This document shows, in pieces, positions 38,077 to 51,259 of a stretch of DNA of 64,000 nt (its first letter is position 1; each line of letters starts with the position of its first letter). This stretch comes from Candidatus Nanopelagicales bacterium (GTDB lineage: Bacteria > Actinomycetota > Actinomycetes > S36-B12): the NCBI GenBank assembly GCA_044240195.1, contig JBIHZX010000002.1:3079-67078 (forward strand), read 5' to 3'. The translations under genes were made by a program, and so were the position numbers. Below the pieces are notes generated by a model. The model searched no databases, was not told where the DNA came from, and saw only the letters and a program-made list of their open reading frames with translations.

Positions 38077-40332
38077 ATGAATATGCCCCCGGAGCGAAGC
38101 ACCACAGGCGCACTTGCTGCCTCGATAGGGGCAATTGTGGGGATTTCCGTCCTTGCCGGTCTCCTAGTGGGGCTCATGCTCATCCCGTTCGCAGGCAGCC
38201 TCGGTGTGCTCACCCGTGACGTGGTCCGGGACTTCGAGTCGCTCCCTGACGAACTGAACACCCCGCCCCTGCCCGAGCGCAGTGTGATTCTTGCTTCGGA
38301 CGGCTCAGTATTGGCCACCATTTACTATCAAAATCGAATTGAAGTACCCCTGGAGAGCATTGCTCCCATCATGCGCCAAGCAATGGTCGCGGTGGAAGAC
38401 GCCCGCTTCCTTGACCACAATGGCGTGGACTTCCGTGGGATCGTCCGCGCGGCAGCATCTAATGCCAGCTCCGGTGAGATCTCAGAAGGTGCCTCCACCC
38501 TGACCATGCAGTACGTCAAGAATGTTTTGGTGAATCAGGCGACCAGCGCTGAGGAACTAGATGCTGCGCGCGGTGATAGTTCTGCCCGCAAAATCAAAGA
38601 AGTTCGGTTGGCGCTGGCCCTGGAGAAACGATTTACCAAGGGTGAAATCCTCTCCCGCTATCTCAACATTGCCTACTTCGGATCCGGTGCTTATGGAATC
38701 GAAGCCGCTTCACGGCGCTACTTTTCACAGCCAGCAGCCGACCTCACCCTCGCGGAAGCCGCCACCCTCGCCGGAATTGTTCAGCGGCCGACTTCCTACG
38801 ATCCAATTCGCAATCCCGAACTCTCTGCAGAGCGCCGCGATGTTGTCCTCAATCGCATGGCTTCCCTGGGCTACATTTCACAGGACGATGCCGAACGTGC
38901 CCAAAAAATTCCGATGCAAGAACTCCTCAAACCTGCTCCAGTCTCTAATGGCTGCACATCAAGTTATGCACCGTTCTTCTGCGATTACGTTCTGCAATCA
39001 ATCCGTCAAAACAGTATTTTCGGCGAGACCCCCGAGGCGCGGGAAGCTTTCCTCCGTCGAGGTGGCTACACCATCACAACCACACTTGACCCCACGGCAC
39101 AAAGAGCAGTCACCCAGATCGTTAACACAACGATTCCCATTGATGACCCGAGTGGCAAGGCAGCAGCCATCTCAATGATCCAGCCAGGCACCGGACAAAT
39201 AATTGCTATGACCCAAAACCGCGACTGGGGAACAGCCGGGCGAGGGAATACCACTTACAACTACAACGCACCACAAAACATGGGTGGCACTATTGGCATG
39301 CAGGCCGGTTCGACATTTAAAATTTTCACTCTTGCCGCAGCACTTGAGGCGGGCATCTCACCGAATGAATACATCGATGCACCAAGTCCCAACACATTTG
39401 TCAACTTTAGAAACTGTGACACCGGAGCGATCTACGAACCGGTAACAGTAAATAATTCAACGACCTCTGGCACTCTTAATATGCCGCAGGCAACGGCATA
39501 CTCAACAAACACTTACTTCATGGCAATTGAGGAACGCACCGGGATTTGTCGGCCCGCAGACATCGCTGAATCACTTGGAGTCACACTCGGCAACGGAGAA
39601 CCGCTACTGCGTGTACCTTCTTTCACACTAGGCACCATGGAGATTGCGCCCCTTTCCTTGGCAAATGCTTATGCAACTTTTGCAGCCCACGGTCGCTATT
39701 GCGAACCTGTTCCCATCCTTGAAATTCGGGATCGCGATGGAGCGAAACTCCCGATCCCCAATGGTGACTGCCGCCAAATACTGGAACGAGAAGTTGCTGA
39801 CGGTGTCACCGTGATGCTCAACGGTGTCGTCGACGGATTCATCCCTGGACGAACTGGCGCCGCAATGAATCTGGGTGACCGACCCGTAGCCGGTAAGACA
39901 GGCACAACAAATGAATCAGCAGCAGTCTGGTTCGCCGGCTTCACACCTCAAGTCGCCTCAGCCGTATGGGTTGGTGATCCTCGCGGAGGTTACGCGTTCC
40001 CTCTCAAAGACATCACCATTAATGGGAAGTACTACCAACAGGTTTACGGTGGGACGCTCCCCGGTCCTATTTGGAGAGAATCCATGTTGGCAGCATCTGC
40101 CAATCTCCCAATTGTCAATTTTGACTTGCGCACCCAGTTCACAGTTGCGCCTTACGGAACGCTTTCGCCGGAACAACTTTCCCAAGAGATTTTCATTCCT
40201 GAAGGTGAAACAACTTTTGACAATACCGATCCAGACTCACTTCAGAGGCCGGGTGAACCATCAACTCTTGCCGATGAAGTCTTTGAGAACCCGGCTCCGG
40301 CCGAGAGCCCTAATCGCACTCGGGTTCCCTAA
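38077..40332 (+). CDS. class A penicillin-binding protein (transglycosylase/transpeptidase)
   Basis: GT51 motifs VAVEDARF and GASTLTMQ. Transpeptidase motifs STFK and KTGTT. N-terminal TM anchor. The start is uncertain (37963, 38077 or 38083). Confidence 0.9.
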   Translation: MNMPPERSTTGALAASIGAIVGISVLAGLLVGLMLIPFAGSLGVLTRDVVRDFESLPDELNTPPLPERSVILASDGSVLATIYYQNRIEVPLESIAPIMRQAMVAVEDARFLDHNGVDFRGIVRAAASNASSGEISEGASTLTMQYVKNVLVNQATSAEELDAARGDSSARKIKEVRLALALEKRFTKGEILSRYLNIAYFGSGAYGIEAASRRYFSQPAADLTLAEAATLAGIVQRPTSYDPIRNPELSAERRDVVLNRMASLGYISQDDAERAQKIPMQELLKPAPVSNGCTSSYAPFFCDYVLQSIRQNSIFGETPEAREAFLRRGGYTITTTLDPTAQRAVTQIVNTTIPIDDPSGKAAAISMIQPGTGQIIAMTQNRDWGTAGRGNTTYNYNAPQNMGGTIGMQAGSTFKIFTLAAALEAGISPNEYIDAPSPNTFVNFRNCDTGAIYEPVTVNNSTTSGTLNMPQATAYSTNTYFMAIEERTGICRPADIAESLGVTLGNGEPLLRVPSFTLGTMEIAPLSLANAYATFAAHGRYCEPVPILEIRDRDGAKLPIPNGDCRQILEREVADGVTVMLNGVVDGFIPGRTGAAMNLGDRPVAGKTGTTNESAAVWFAGFTPQVASAVWVGDPRGGYAFPLKDITINGKYYQQVYGGTLPGPIWRESMLAASANLPIVNFDLRTQFTVAPYGTLSPEQLSQEIFIPEGETTFDNTDPDSLQRPGEPSTLADEVFENPAPAESPNRTRVP

Positions 40333-40796
40333 CCGTCGAGGGCTTTCTTCACCAAACTCGCCACGACTCCGCCGTCGGCGCGCCCTTTCACCTGCGGCTG
40401 CACAATTTTCATGACCGCGCCAATCGCGGCCCCACCAGTAACTCCACTTCCGGCGACTTGGTCTACTGCGGCCGTCACAATTGCTTCAACCTCTGCCTCA
40501 CTTAACTGATCTGGCAAGTACTTGGAGATAACTTCAAGCTCTGCATTCTCGCGCGCCGCCAATTCTGGGCGATTCGCATCCGTGTAAGCCACAAAACTCT
40601 CGCGTCGCTTCTTTCCTTCGCGGGCAAGTACGGTGAGTACTTCTTCCTCTGTGAGAACCTTCGACTCTTTCCCAGAGACCTCTTCATTTGTGATTGCCGT
40701 GAGCACCATCCGTATGGTCGCCGACGTGAGTTCATCACGCGCCTTCATTGAGGTGGTCAAATCAGCTTTTAGTTGAGCCTTGAGGTCAGTAGACAT
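40329..40796 (-). CDS. GatB/YqeY domain protein
   Basis: MSTDLKAQLKADLTTSMKARD start and length are typical of the YqeY family. Confidence 0.85.
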   Translation of the reverse strand: MSTDLKAQLKADLTTSMKARDELTSATIRMVLTAITNEEVSGKESKVLTEEEVLTVLAREGKKRRESFVAYTDANRPELAARENAELEVISKYLPDQLSEAEVEAIVTAAVDQVAGSGVTGGAAIGAVMKIVQPQVKGRADGGVVASLVKKALDG

Positions 40797-40841
40797 ACGG
40801 GCATTGTTCCACTGCGTTGTGCCGGGTGGGAATATGGTCAC

Positions 40842-41726
40842 ATGGTTTCAACAATCAAGGCGCTGGGAGTGACCGCCGCCGCTGGCATTGGGGCTTTGAC
40901 CTACGCACACCTTGAGACTAAGAGATTCACCCTTCGTCGAATTCAAGTCCCCGTACTTTCACCGGGCCAAGCACCAATTCGTCTACTTCATATTTCTGAT
41001 TTACACATGATCCCCGGACAAAAAATGAAATCTCAATGGGTGCGTTCATTAGCATCACTTGCCCCCGATGCTGTTGTGGCAACCGGTGATTTCCTTTCAC
41101 ATGAAAACGGTGTTCCCAGTGCACTAGAAGCACTTGATCCACTCATGGACCTTCCCGGCGCCTTTGTATTGGGCAGCAACGACTACTACGCACCAAAACC
41201 AATTAACCCGATTAAATACTTTTCTGGGCCAAGCCAACTCACGCCAACACGACAAATGCTGGATTGGGAGCCCCTCGCAAGCGGCATGACAGGTCGCGGA
41301 TGGCTCGACTTAACCAACACTCAAGTGGATTGGAAAGTAGACGGACGACTCATCAGTGTCAGAGGTGTCGACGACCCACACATTGACCGGGATGACTACA
41401 ACGCAATCACGAACAATTTCAATGGTGAAGCCGATCTCACTCTTGGCGTTGTTCATGCGCCCTACCTTCGAGTACTTGACGCAATGGCAGCGGACAACAC
41501 CCAATTGATTCTTGCCGGTCATACTCATGGCGGACAGCTTCGGGTTCCGGGCTACGGAGCCCTCGTTACCAACTGCGATCTTGATACCAAACGCGCACGC
41601 GGACTGTCCAGTCATCACAACTCTGCCCTGCATGTTTCGGCCGGGCTGGGGTGTTCGCGTTATGCACCCTTTAGATTTGCATGTCCGCCAGAAGCGACTC
41701 TGATCACGCTCACTTCACGAACCTAA
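40842..41726 (+). CDS. metallophosphoesterase with N-terminal TM anchor
   Basis: Motifs ISDLH, GDF, GSNDYY and GHTHGGQ. Confidence 0.85.
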   Translation: MVSTIKALGVTAAAGIGALTYAHLETKRFTLRRIQVPVLSPGQAPIRLLHISDLHMIPGQKMKSQWVRSLASLAPDAVVATGDFLSHENGVPSALEALDPLMDLPGAFVLGSNDYYAPKPINPIKYFSGPSQLTPTRQMLDWEPLASGMTGRGWLDLTNTQVDWKVDGRLISVRGVDDPHIDRDDYNAITNNFNGEADLTLGVVHAPYLRVLDAMAADNTQLILAGHTHGGQLRVPGYGALVTNCDLDTKRARGLSSHHNSALHVSAGLGCSRYAPFRFACPPEATLITLTSRT

Positions 41727-41738
41727 GTTCTTCGCGAG

Positions 41739-42311
41739 CTACACCGACAACGTAGTTACCTTGTACGGTTTGCTCTCGCGCGTGTACGTGACCCACTCAC
41801 CAGCCTTGACACCATTCTTAAAATTACCCGAACGCATCAGGCTTCCATCAGTTCGGTACCACTTCCAAGCGCCATGCATCTCATTCTTTTTTACCGTTCC
41901 TTCAGCCTTCAGCCGTCCAGATACATAAGACTCTTTAAACTCTCCACTCTTTTTGGGAAAACTTTCATTGATCTCCACTATTCGATGCCGAATGATTTTC
42001 TTTAACAATGGCGCCGGGAATTTTTCATCTCGCGCAAACTTCAAGGCGCCCTTTGTCGCCCGATACTTTTCCACCTCTGGCCCAAATCCTTCAAAGGGTG
42101 CACCTACTCCAGGGAAGATTGTGTTGTGATTCTTAAACCCCGCATAACTGAGGACCAGCACTCCCGAGATTCGAATACTGGGCATTCCCCAAGCAATTAC
42201 TTCCTCGCCGGCAGGTAACGCGGCGACAATTACCGAACGGACTGCCTGAAGGGCCGAGCGTTGTGGAGCATCAAAACTCTTGAGATACCTGGTGACATCT
42301 GCAGCGCTCAT
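41739..42311 (-). CDS. DUF1801 (YdhG-like) domain fused to MORN-variant repeats
   Basis: The N-terminal two-thirds resemble the DUF1801 family. The C-terminus has GxWKWYRTDGSLMRSGNFKNGVKAGEW, a MORN/YwqK-like repeat pattern. Confidence 0.6.
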   Translation of the reverse strand: MSAADVTRYLKSFDAPQRSALQAVRSVIVAALPAGEEVIAWGMPSIRISGVLVLSYAGFKNHNTIFPGVGAPFEGFGPEVEKYRATKGALKFARDEKFPAPLLKKIIRHRIVEINESFPKKSGEFKESYVSGRLKAEGTVKKNEMHGAWKWYRTDGSLMRSGNFKNGVKAGEWVTYTRESKPYKVTTLSV

Positions 42312-42465
42312 GTTCGCAACCTTTCACAAGCTGACCGCTTCTCGTGAACACATTGTGCTCGGGTCACCGAATTATTTCCCAAACTTTCGGATCGCTAGAC
42401 TTGGGGGGCTCGTTCACGCTGCTCGATAAAGGTGATTCTCGAAGCAGTTGGATATTCGAGTATTG

Positions 42466-42539
<74 letters not shown>

Positions 42540-42575
42540 CAAAATCCGTCAGGTGGCGTTGCCTAAAGTTTCAGG

Positions 42576-45648
<3,073 letters not shown>

Positions 45649-45711
45649 GGAATGAAGTTTAGTCTCTGCGGGTATCGTGGGTAATAAGCGCCAATCGGGA
45701 GTGGGGAGCAA

Positions 45712-46578
45712 ATGGCCAGCACACACGCAATATCGGCGCACAAAGTCACCAAGAAATATGGGGATTTCACCGCACTTGCCGGTGTCTCATTACAGGTGGC
45801 CACCGGTGAATGCCTTGCCCTACTTGGACCAAATGGAGCCGGAAAAACCACACTGACCGAAATCCTCGAAGGCTACCGACAGCGCGATGGTGGGGAGGCG
45901 GAGGTTCTCGGGGTTGACCCCGGAAAACCAACCGGTGCCTGGAGGGCAAAGCTCGGGATTGTTTTACAGAATGCAAGCGACATGGCAGACCTCACCGTAG
46001 AGGAAACGATCACCCAGTTTGCCCGCTATTACCCCAATCCAGCGGACCCGCAGCACGTCATTGCCGCAGTTGGGTTGACCGAGAAGTCACGTTCACGCAA
46101 TGGAAAGCTCAGCGGCGGACAACGACGCAGACTCGATGTTGCCCTGGGAATAATCGGAAACCCCGATGTGCTTTTTCTCGATGAACCGACAACGGGTTTC
46201 GACCCAGAAGCTCGCCGTGAATTCTGGGTGCTGATCGACCGACTTAAATCAGAGGGCACCACGATCCTGCTCACAACCCACTATTTGGACGAGGCTCAAT
46301 ACCTTGCCGATCGAGTCGCGGTGATCGCGCGCGGTCAGATAGTTGCGCAAGGTACACCGGATTCAATTGGTCATCGAAGTGAAGCGATCGTGAGTTGGAC
46401 ACAAGACGGGCGAGAAATGAGTGTCCCCACCAATGAACCCACTGCATTCATTGCGCAGCTCGGGCTCAAGTTTGACGCGGAAATTCCCAACCTCTCGGTT
46501 CGCCGTTCCAGTTTGGAAGATGCGTATCTTGAGTTGATCGCCCAGGATCGGGACTTGCAGGCTGGTGATCAACCGTGA
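45712..46578 (+). CDS. ABC transporter ATP-binding protein (DrrA/ABC-2 type)
   Basis: Walker [10 protein letters not shown], signature LSGGQRRR and Walker B LFLDEPT. Confidence 0.9.
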   Translation: MASTHAISAHKVTKKYGDFTALAGVSLQVATGECLALLGPNGAGKTTLTEILEGYRQRDGGEAEVLGVDPGKPTGAWRAKLGIVLQNASDMADLTVEETITQFARYYPNPADPQHVIAAVGLTEKSRSRNGKLSGGQRRRLDVALGIIGNPDVLFLDEPTTGFDPEARREFWVLIDRLKSEGTTILLTTHYLDEAQYLADRVAVIARGQIVAQGTPDSIGHRSEAIVSWTQDGREMSVPTNEPTAFIAQLGLKFDAEIPNLSVRRSSLEDAYLELIAQDRDLQAGDQP

Positions 46579-47387
46579 AGCTAACTCACGTTCGCACGTT
46601 GTCTCTGGGAATAGGCAGAGTCGGGATTGAACTCAAGCAATTCTTTAGGGACCGTGAGTCAGCGGTATTCAATTTTCTTCTGCCCATGATTCTGCTTGTG
46701 ATTTTTGGTTCAGTATTTAGTGGACAAGATCTCGGGGATTCCGGCATTACATTTTCACAGTACTTTGTGGCAGGCATGATTGCCTCTGGGATTCTTTATA
46801 CATCCTTTCAAAATCTTGCCATTGCCATTCCGATGGAGCGCGATGACGGAACCCTCAAGCGCCTTCGGGGAACACCGCTGCCGCCCGCCGCATTCTTTAT
46901 CGGGAAAATCGGAATGGTTTTTGTGGCCTATATTGCTCAGGTCACCATATTGATCGCTGTTGGCGTTCTCCTTTTTGGGATCGACCTTCCAACGACACCT
47001 CTGGCAATTTTTACCTTTATTTGGGCCAGCGTTCTGGGACTTATCGCTTTCACCCTGCTCGGGATCGCGTACTCGGTTGTACCCCGGCAAGGACGTGGTG
47101 CCGCCGCATTGGTCACCCCCGTTGTCCTCGTCCTGCAATTCACTTCCGGTGTGTTCTTTGTCTTCGGGGACCTGCCCCAGTGGATGCAGTCCTTCGCGTC
47201 ACTATTTCCACTGAAGTGGCTCACCCAAGCAATGCGCAGTGTCTTTTTGCCCGACTCTGCAGCGGCCATGGAAGTGAGCGGATCGTGGGAACTCGGTATG
47301 ACGGCAGCAGTTCTCGTAATCTGGATTATTCTCGGCGCTCTGCTTGCCACTTTCTTTTTCCGATGGACACCGCGAGGTAAGAACTAA
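46575..47387 (+). CDS. ABC-2 type transporter permease
   Basis: 6-TM protein overlapping the ATPase gene stop by 4 nt. Confidence 0.85.
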   Translation: MKLTHVRTLSLGIGRVGIELKQFFRDRESAVFNFLLPMILLVIFGSVFSGQDLGDSGITFSQYFVAGMIASGILYTSFQNLAIAIPMERDDGTLKRLRGTPLPPAAFFIGKIGMVFVAYIAQVTILIAVGVLLFGIDLPTTPLAIFTFIWASVLGLIAFTLLGIAYSVVPRQGRGAAALVTPVVLVLQFTSGVFFVFGDLPQWMQSFASLFPLKWLTQAMRSVFLPDSAAAMEVSGSWELGMTAAVLVIWIILGALLATFFFRWTPRGKN

Positions 47388-47983
47388 GAGCCGACCGTTC
47401 GCCGACCGGCGAATGCGCGGCCTAATGTGATTTCGTCCGCGTACTCCAAATCCCCGCCAACAGGAAGCCCACTTGCCAGTCGCGAGACGGTCAAACCCAA
47501 TGGCACCAGCATGCGGGAGAGATACGTCGCGGTTGCTTCACCTTCAAGATTAGGATCCGTTGCCAAAATCACCTCGGTGACACTTCCGTCAGCTAGGCGG
47601 GGCATTAATTCTCGGATTCGAAGGTCATCGGGGCCGATACCGTCAATGGGATTTATTGAGCCGCCGAGAATGTGGTAGCGACCACGAAACTCACGAGTCT
47701 TTTCAATCGCCACAACATCTTTGGGCTCTTCCACTACGCAAATCACACTCGGATCACGCTTAGGGTCAAGACAAATTCGACACTGGGTGCTCTGAGCAAC
47801 GTTTCCACATATCTCACAGAACTTAACTTTTTCCTTGACTTCAAGAAGAACTTCAGCAAGACGCTTCACATCTTCAGAGTCAGCGCTCAGAATGTGAAAT
47901 GCGATACGTTGGGCACTTTTAGGACCGACACCGGGTAAACGCCCGAGTTCGTCAATTAAGTCTTGAACAATGCCTTCATACAT
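47384..47983 (-). CDS. recR: recombination protein RecR
   Basis: Hh[12 protein letters not shown], zinc finger [16 protein letters not shown] and a Toprim domain. Confidence 0.95.
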   Translation of the reverse strand: MYEGIVQDLIDELGRLPGVGPKSAQRIAFHILSADSEDVKRLAEVLLEVKEKVKFCEICGNVAQSTQCRICLDPKRDPSVICVVEEPKDVVAIEKTREFRGRYHILGGSINPIDGIGPDDLRIRELMPRLADGSVTEVILATDPNLEGEATATYLSRMLVPLGLTVSRLASGLPVGGDLEYADEITLGRAFAGRRTVGS

Positions 47984-47988
47984 GTGAA

Positions 47989-49758
47989 TTAACCGTTCTC
48001 AATCTCACCAATTGACACGCCACCCAATTCTTTTGCAATCAGGTCAGCGCCGGTTACTTCCTCCGAGGAGGAGTCATCCATTCTGGGAGTGTCATCTTCT
48101 TCGATGTGCGAGGCGACCGAGGCGCCATCGGCGGTTTCTATTGGACCGACTGAACCCATCGCACCAAGGACAACGTCAATCTTCGTGTCAACCTGCAATA
48201 CGTCAAGGATTGCCTGACGTAGGCGTTCCTCATGTCCGCCAGATTTCACGTTGTTGTAGCGGCCCGAGTCCTTGACCCCAACCGCTAACACACCGTCCTC
48301 AAATGACAAAGGCGTTGATTCGGTAAAACCCATCCAGGCGACCCGAGAATATTTCAGTAACGCATCCATGACCGCAGGCCACATGACGGTAAATGACGAA
48401 ACGTTTGTAGTACCGGGATTCGAAGCCGTCTCCGAAGCCATCACCGCTACCGGAGTAGCATCCTCCACAACAACGTCTTTGGGCTTCCCAGGCTTCTTGG
48501 GTGGCGCGGGGACATTTGTTGCAGCCTGTGCGGGTGCAACTACAGGAGTAACGGTAGGAGCTATCACAACCTGTGGAGCAGGTGCACTCACTATTTGGTG
48601 ACTCACGACACCCGTGCGTTCAAGCTGCTCGATCCGAACCCGCAGCCCATCGGTTGAATCATCGGTAGCCGGGAGGAGAAGCTTGGCCATGAGTAGTTCC
48701 AGTTGAAGTCGAGGGGCAGTTGCCCCCTTGATCTCACTCAGTGCACGGTTAACAAGTTCACCAGCGCGCGCTAACTCGGCTGCGCCAATACGCGATGCTT
48801 GCTCCACTTCGGTTGCGATCACGTCTTCCGGTGCATGAATCAATCCACTCTCCGCCGCCCCCGGGATGCTTTGCAAAACAATCAGGTCGCGGATTCTTTC
48901 CAGTAAATCGGTGACAAATCTTCTTGGTTCGTTACCGGATTCAATAACCCGGTCGACAGCGTTGAACAATGCGGCACCGTCACGATCGATGAGGGCGTTG
49001 ACCGTCTCATCAAGCAATGCCGAGTCCGTCATACCCAACTGGAGTACCGCTTCTTGGTAGGTCACCCCATCTGGGCCGCAACCAGAAATTACTTGACCAA
49101 GAATTGACAGTGAGTCGCGAACGCTGCCCGCTCCGGCGCGGGCGATAAGTGCTAGCGCTGCGGGATCAGCAGGGATGTTTTCACTCGCACAAATCTTCGC
49201 CAAATGTTCTTGTAAGATTTTAACGGGGACAAGTCGGAACCCGTAGTTGTGAGTGCGTGAACGAATCGTTGGCAGCACTTTGTCTGCCTCTGTTGTTGCA
49301 AAAATGAAACGCACATGCTCGGGTGGTTCTTCAACCAACTTAAGCAACGCGTTGAAACCAGCCGTTGAAATCATGTGTGCCTCGTCGATTATGTACACCT
49401 TGTACCGCGACTTCGCTGGGCCAAACATTGCGCGTTCCCGCAAATCACGGGTGTCATCAACTCCACCGTGGCTGGCGGCGTCAAGTTCAATAACATCAAT
49501 GGAGCCTGAACCCGTAGCCGAAAGGTCAATGCAACTCTCACAAACACCGCATGGATCAGGGGTTGGCCCCTGCTCGCAGTTCAAGGAGCGGGCCAAAATA
49601 CGTGCGGTTGACGTTTTCCCACACCCACGAGGGCCGGAGAGTAGGTATGCGTGGTGCATCCGATTGTTTTCCAGAGCCCTGCGCAGTGGTCCCGTTACAT
49701 GGTCTTGGCCAACAACTTCACCCAATGTTGCCGGGCGATACGACCGATACAGCGCCAT
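47989..49758 (-). CDS. dnaX: DNA polymerase III gamma/tau subunit
   Basis: MALYRSYRP start, P-loop GPRGCGKTS and Zn module [16 protein letters not shown]. The alternative GTG start at 49803 adds 15 aa. Confidence 0.92.
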   Translation of the reverse strand: MALYRSYRPATLGEVVGQDHVTGPLRRALENNRMHHAYLLSGPRGCGKTSTARILARSLNCEQGPTPDPCGVCESCIDLSATGSGSIDVIELDAASHGGVDDTRDLRERAMFGPAKSRYKVYIIDEAHMISTAGFNALLKLVEEPPEHVRFIFATTEADKVLPTIRSRTHNYGFRLVPVKILQEHLAKICASENIPADPAALALIARAGAGSVRDSLSILGQVISGCGPDGVTYQEAVLQLGMTDSALLDETVNALIDRDGAALFNAVDRVIESGNEPRRFVTDLLERIRDLIVLQSIPGAAESGLIHAPEDVIATEVEQASRIGAAELARAGELVNRALSEIKGATAPRLQLELLMAKLLLPATDDSTDGLRVRIEQLERTGVVSHQIVSAPAPQVVIAPTVTPVVAPAQAATNVPAPPKKPGKPKDVVVEDATPVAVMASETASNPGTTNVSSFTVMWPAVMDALLKYSRVAWMGFTESTPLSFEDGVLAVGVKDSGRYNNVKSGGHEERLRQAILDVLQVDTKIDVVLGAMGSVGPIETADGASVASHIEEDDTPRMDDSSSEEVTGADLIAKELGGVSIGEIENG

Positions 49759-49879
49759 GTGAGATGTCGTGGCGGGAGACGCCGTTTCGCTCTTTTTTGC
49801 CACCCGACCACTCTACACAGTCACTATGAGTGACATCTTCGCTAACGAATGGCCCTTGTCGCTAATTCCAAATATGTTA

Positions 49880-49980
49880 AGGATGGGGACTCCCCGCGCA
49901 CCTACCAGCGCCCACCTGCCCTTGCTGCCTTCCGGCCCTGGGGGATTCAGCGAGATGACACCGCGCGGGGAGTCAAGGAA
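49880..49980 (-). ncRNA. ffs: signal recognition particle RNA (small 4.5S-type)
   Basis: The minus strand reads ...ccccgcgcggtgtcatctcgctgaatcccccagggccggaaggcagcaagggcagg...ggtgcgcgggg..., containing the conserved domain IV GGAAGGCAGC motif and a long closing helix. The position upstream of dnaX is canonical. The ends are approximate. Confidence 0.8.
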
Positions 49981-50037
49981 GAGGTTACGCGTAGGGCAGT
50001 AATTCCGCGCACAGTGGTTACGGGTAACCTCCCCCAC

Positions 50038-50122
50038 GGAGGATTCGCCTAGTGGCCTATGGCGCTCGCTTGGAAAGCGGGTTGGGTTAACGCCCTCAGG
50101 GGTTCGAATCCCCTATCCTCCG
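50038..50122 (+). tRNA. tRNA-Ser (anticodon GGA)
   Basis: A manual cloverleaf gives acceptor ggaggat/atcctcc, anticodon loop ttGGAaa, a long variable arm and T-loop ttcgaat. CCA is not encoded. Confidence 0.92.
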
Positions 50123-50133
50123 CTCGAAGGTGG
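50110..50133. repeat. left copy of the 24-nt direct repeat cccctatcctccgctcgaaggtgg (last 13 nt of tRNA-Ser plus 11 nt of flank)
   Basis: A perfect second copy lies at 51177-51200. Shorter copies lie at 52303-52319 and 50189-50203. Confidence 0.9.
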
Positions 50134-50140
50134 GTAATTC

Positions 50141-50203
50141 TCCGTTTATTGGGTAAACGGGGGATTACCCACGATGAAATGGATAAAGCCCCCATCCTCG
50201 GCC
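50141..50203. repeat. degenerate solo copy (U0) of the ~70-bp cassette-end unit
   Basis: It shares ccgtttat, acggg, attaccca, tgaa and gga, plus a degenerate tRNA-end core cccccatcctcggcc. It contains the perfect hairpin ccgttta-ttggg-taaacgg (50142-50160). Confidence 0.6.
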
Positions 50204-50207
50204 AGAT

Positions 50208-51032
50208 TCAACCTTTAACCGAAACTAAAGCTGTGCATCCAATAACTTCCATTGGCCCACTGTCATATCCGCGTTTCTTATCTGCCGCCATAATTGTATT
50301 TAACTCCGCAGTTATTCGACTTTTTGCCGAAGCAGCAATCTTTGTAAATGGGCAGACATGTGTTGGTGGGCCACTGGAATTAATCAATAAACCAAACTCA
50401 ACCAACCCAATTCCTGGGGTGTAACGTTCATCAAAGTCACCAACTTTGGCAATTGGTTGACCCGCTTTTACCTGATCACCTTCTTTTACTTTCACGTCAA
50501 TTACGTGTTCTACTTCCCATATATTGTTCTGATCATTTTTTGCAGCAATCATTATGCTGTAGTCATTTGAATAAAGTTTTGAAATTTTGATTACTGTTCC
50601 AGTCTTAATTGCGAGGACATCCGTACCAAGTGGTGCATACAGCCCCGGTTGTGGGTTGATTGATCCAGAACCAACCGCTCCTTCACCTCGTGGGCCAATG
50701 TCAAAACCAAATGGAACGTAAGTTAATCCTTTACCTTGGCCTGCACCCTTTAAATCGACATCAAGTGGAGCCGTTGCATTAATCGGAAGTGATTCAATTT
50801 CATCACCGCTTGAGTTTGAAGTTGCGGTGGGTCCTTTCCCTCCAGAAACACCCTTATTCCAGATCAATTTACTGCCCGATTTAATGCAGGTAAATTTCTT
50901 TTTTCCGACATAAGCAACCTCGTTCTTAACTTTACATGCTGACCCTGCAATTGGCGCAGAATTTGCCACCAGTGAAATGCCAAATGCTAATAATAATGAC
51001 GTGATTCCAATTGCTGTTAGGGCTTTTCTCAT
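50208..51032 (-). CDS. secreted protein with N-terminal Cys-pair module and degenerate LytM/M23-like domain (cassette gene A)
   Basis: Sec signal peptide (LVANSA). Module CKVKNEVAYVGKKKFTCIKSGSKLIWNKGV. The C-terminal region YAPLGTDVLAIKTGTV ... VEHVIDVKVKEGDQVKAGQPIAKVG resembles the M23 core but has no HxxxD or HxH ligands. Confidence 0.75.
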   Translation of the reverse strand: MRKALTAIGITSLLLAFGISLVANSAPIAGSACKVKNEVAYVGKKKFTCIKSGSKLIWNKGVSGGKGPTATSNSSGDEIESLPINATAPLDVDLKGAGQGKGLTYVPFGFDIGPRGEGAVGSGSINPQPGLYAPLGTDVLAIKTGTVIKISKLYSNDYSIMIAAKNDQNNIWEVEHVIDVKVKEGDQVKAGQPIAKVGDFDERYTPGIGLVEFGLLINSSGPPTHVCPFTKIAASAKSRITAELNTIMAADKKRGYDSGPMEVIGCTALVSVKG

Positions 51033-51038
51033 ACCGAA

Positions 51039-51068
51039 ATATTATTGATGCATATAAACGCATGTCAA
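51039..51068 (-). promoter_or_regulatory. putative sigma-70-type promoter giving a leaderless mRNA for cassette gene A
   Basis: On the minus strand, TTGACA (51068-51063), an 18-nt spacer and TAATAT (51044-51039) are followed by 6 nt and then the ATG at 51032. No Shine-Dalgarno sequence is present. Confidence 0.4.
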
Positions 51069-51117
51069 TGCATTCGGGTTAAATTAAGTTCAACACCAAT
51101 GTGATCAGTGCTAAGTT

Positions 51118-51190
51118 GCCGTTTATGACCCGTTCACCTAAAAAAACGGGAAATTACCCAGGCTGAATAGGAAAAACCCCTATCCTCCGC
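51118..51190. repeat. cassette-end unit U1 (~73 bp), ending in a displaced tRNA-Ser 3' end
   Basis: gccgtttatgaccc...attacccaggctgaataggaaaaacccctatcctccgc. It shares the blocks tttatgaccc, attacccaggctgaa and cccctatcctccgc with U2. Confidence 0.85.
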
Positions 51191-51259
51191 TCGAAGGTGG
51201 CTCTGAATAAATCCTTCACTAAGGTCTCTGACTTGGCGAAGTATGAAACAGTAGGTCTC

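Larger units (their letters stand above)
50134..51200. mobile_element. putative integrated single-gene cassette 1, bounded by 24-nt att-like direct repeats
   Basis: It is flanked by the perfect 24-nt repeat and is AT-rich relative to its surroundings. It contains one secreted-protein gene with its own promoter, and no recombinase gene. Confidence 0.5.

Noticed and set aside
38561-39178. 205-aa plus-strand ORF in an alternative frame
   Set aside because: It is nested out of frame inside the class A PBP gene, whose own frame carries all the catalytic motifs.
49253-49762. 169-aa plus-strand ORF
   Set aside because: It is antisense to dnaX. Other antisense ORFs were rejected for the same reason: 15677..16102, 17658..18101, 20947..21264, 43894..44319, 46937..47350 and 55896..56303.
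49792-49798. A-AAA-AAG slippery heptamer in dnaX, as at the E. coli tau/gamma frameshift site
   Set aside because: It lies at codons 2-4 of the long dnaX model and upstream of the more likely ATG 49758 start, not mid-gene. No downstream hairpin is present.
50059-50424. 121-aa plus-strand ORF
   Set aside because: It starts inside tRNA-Ser(GGA) and then runs antisense through cassette gene A.
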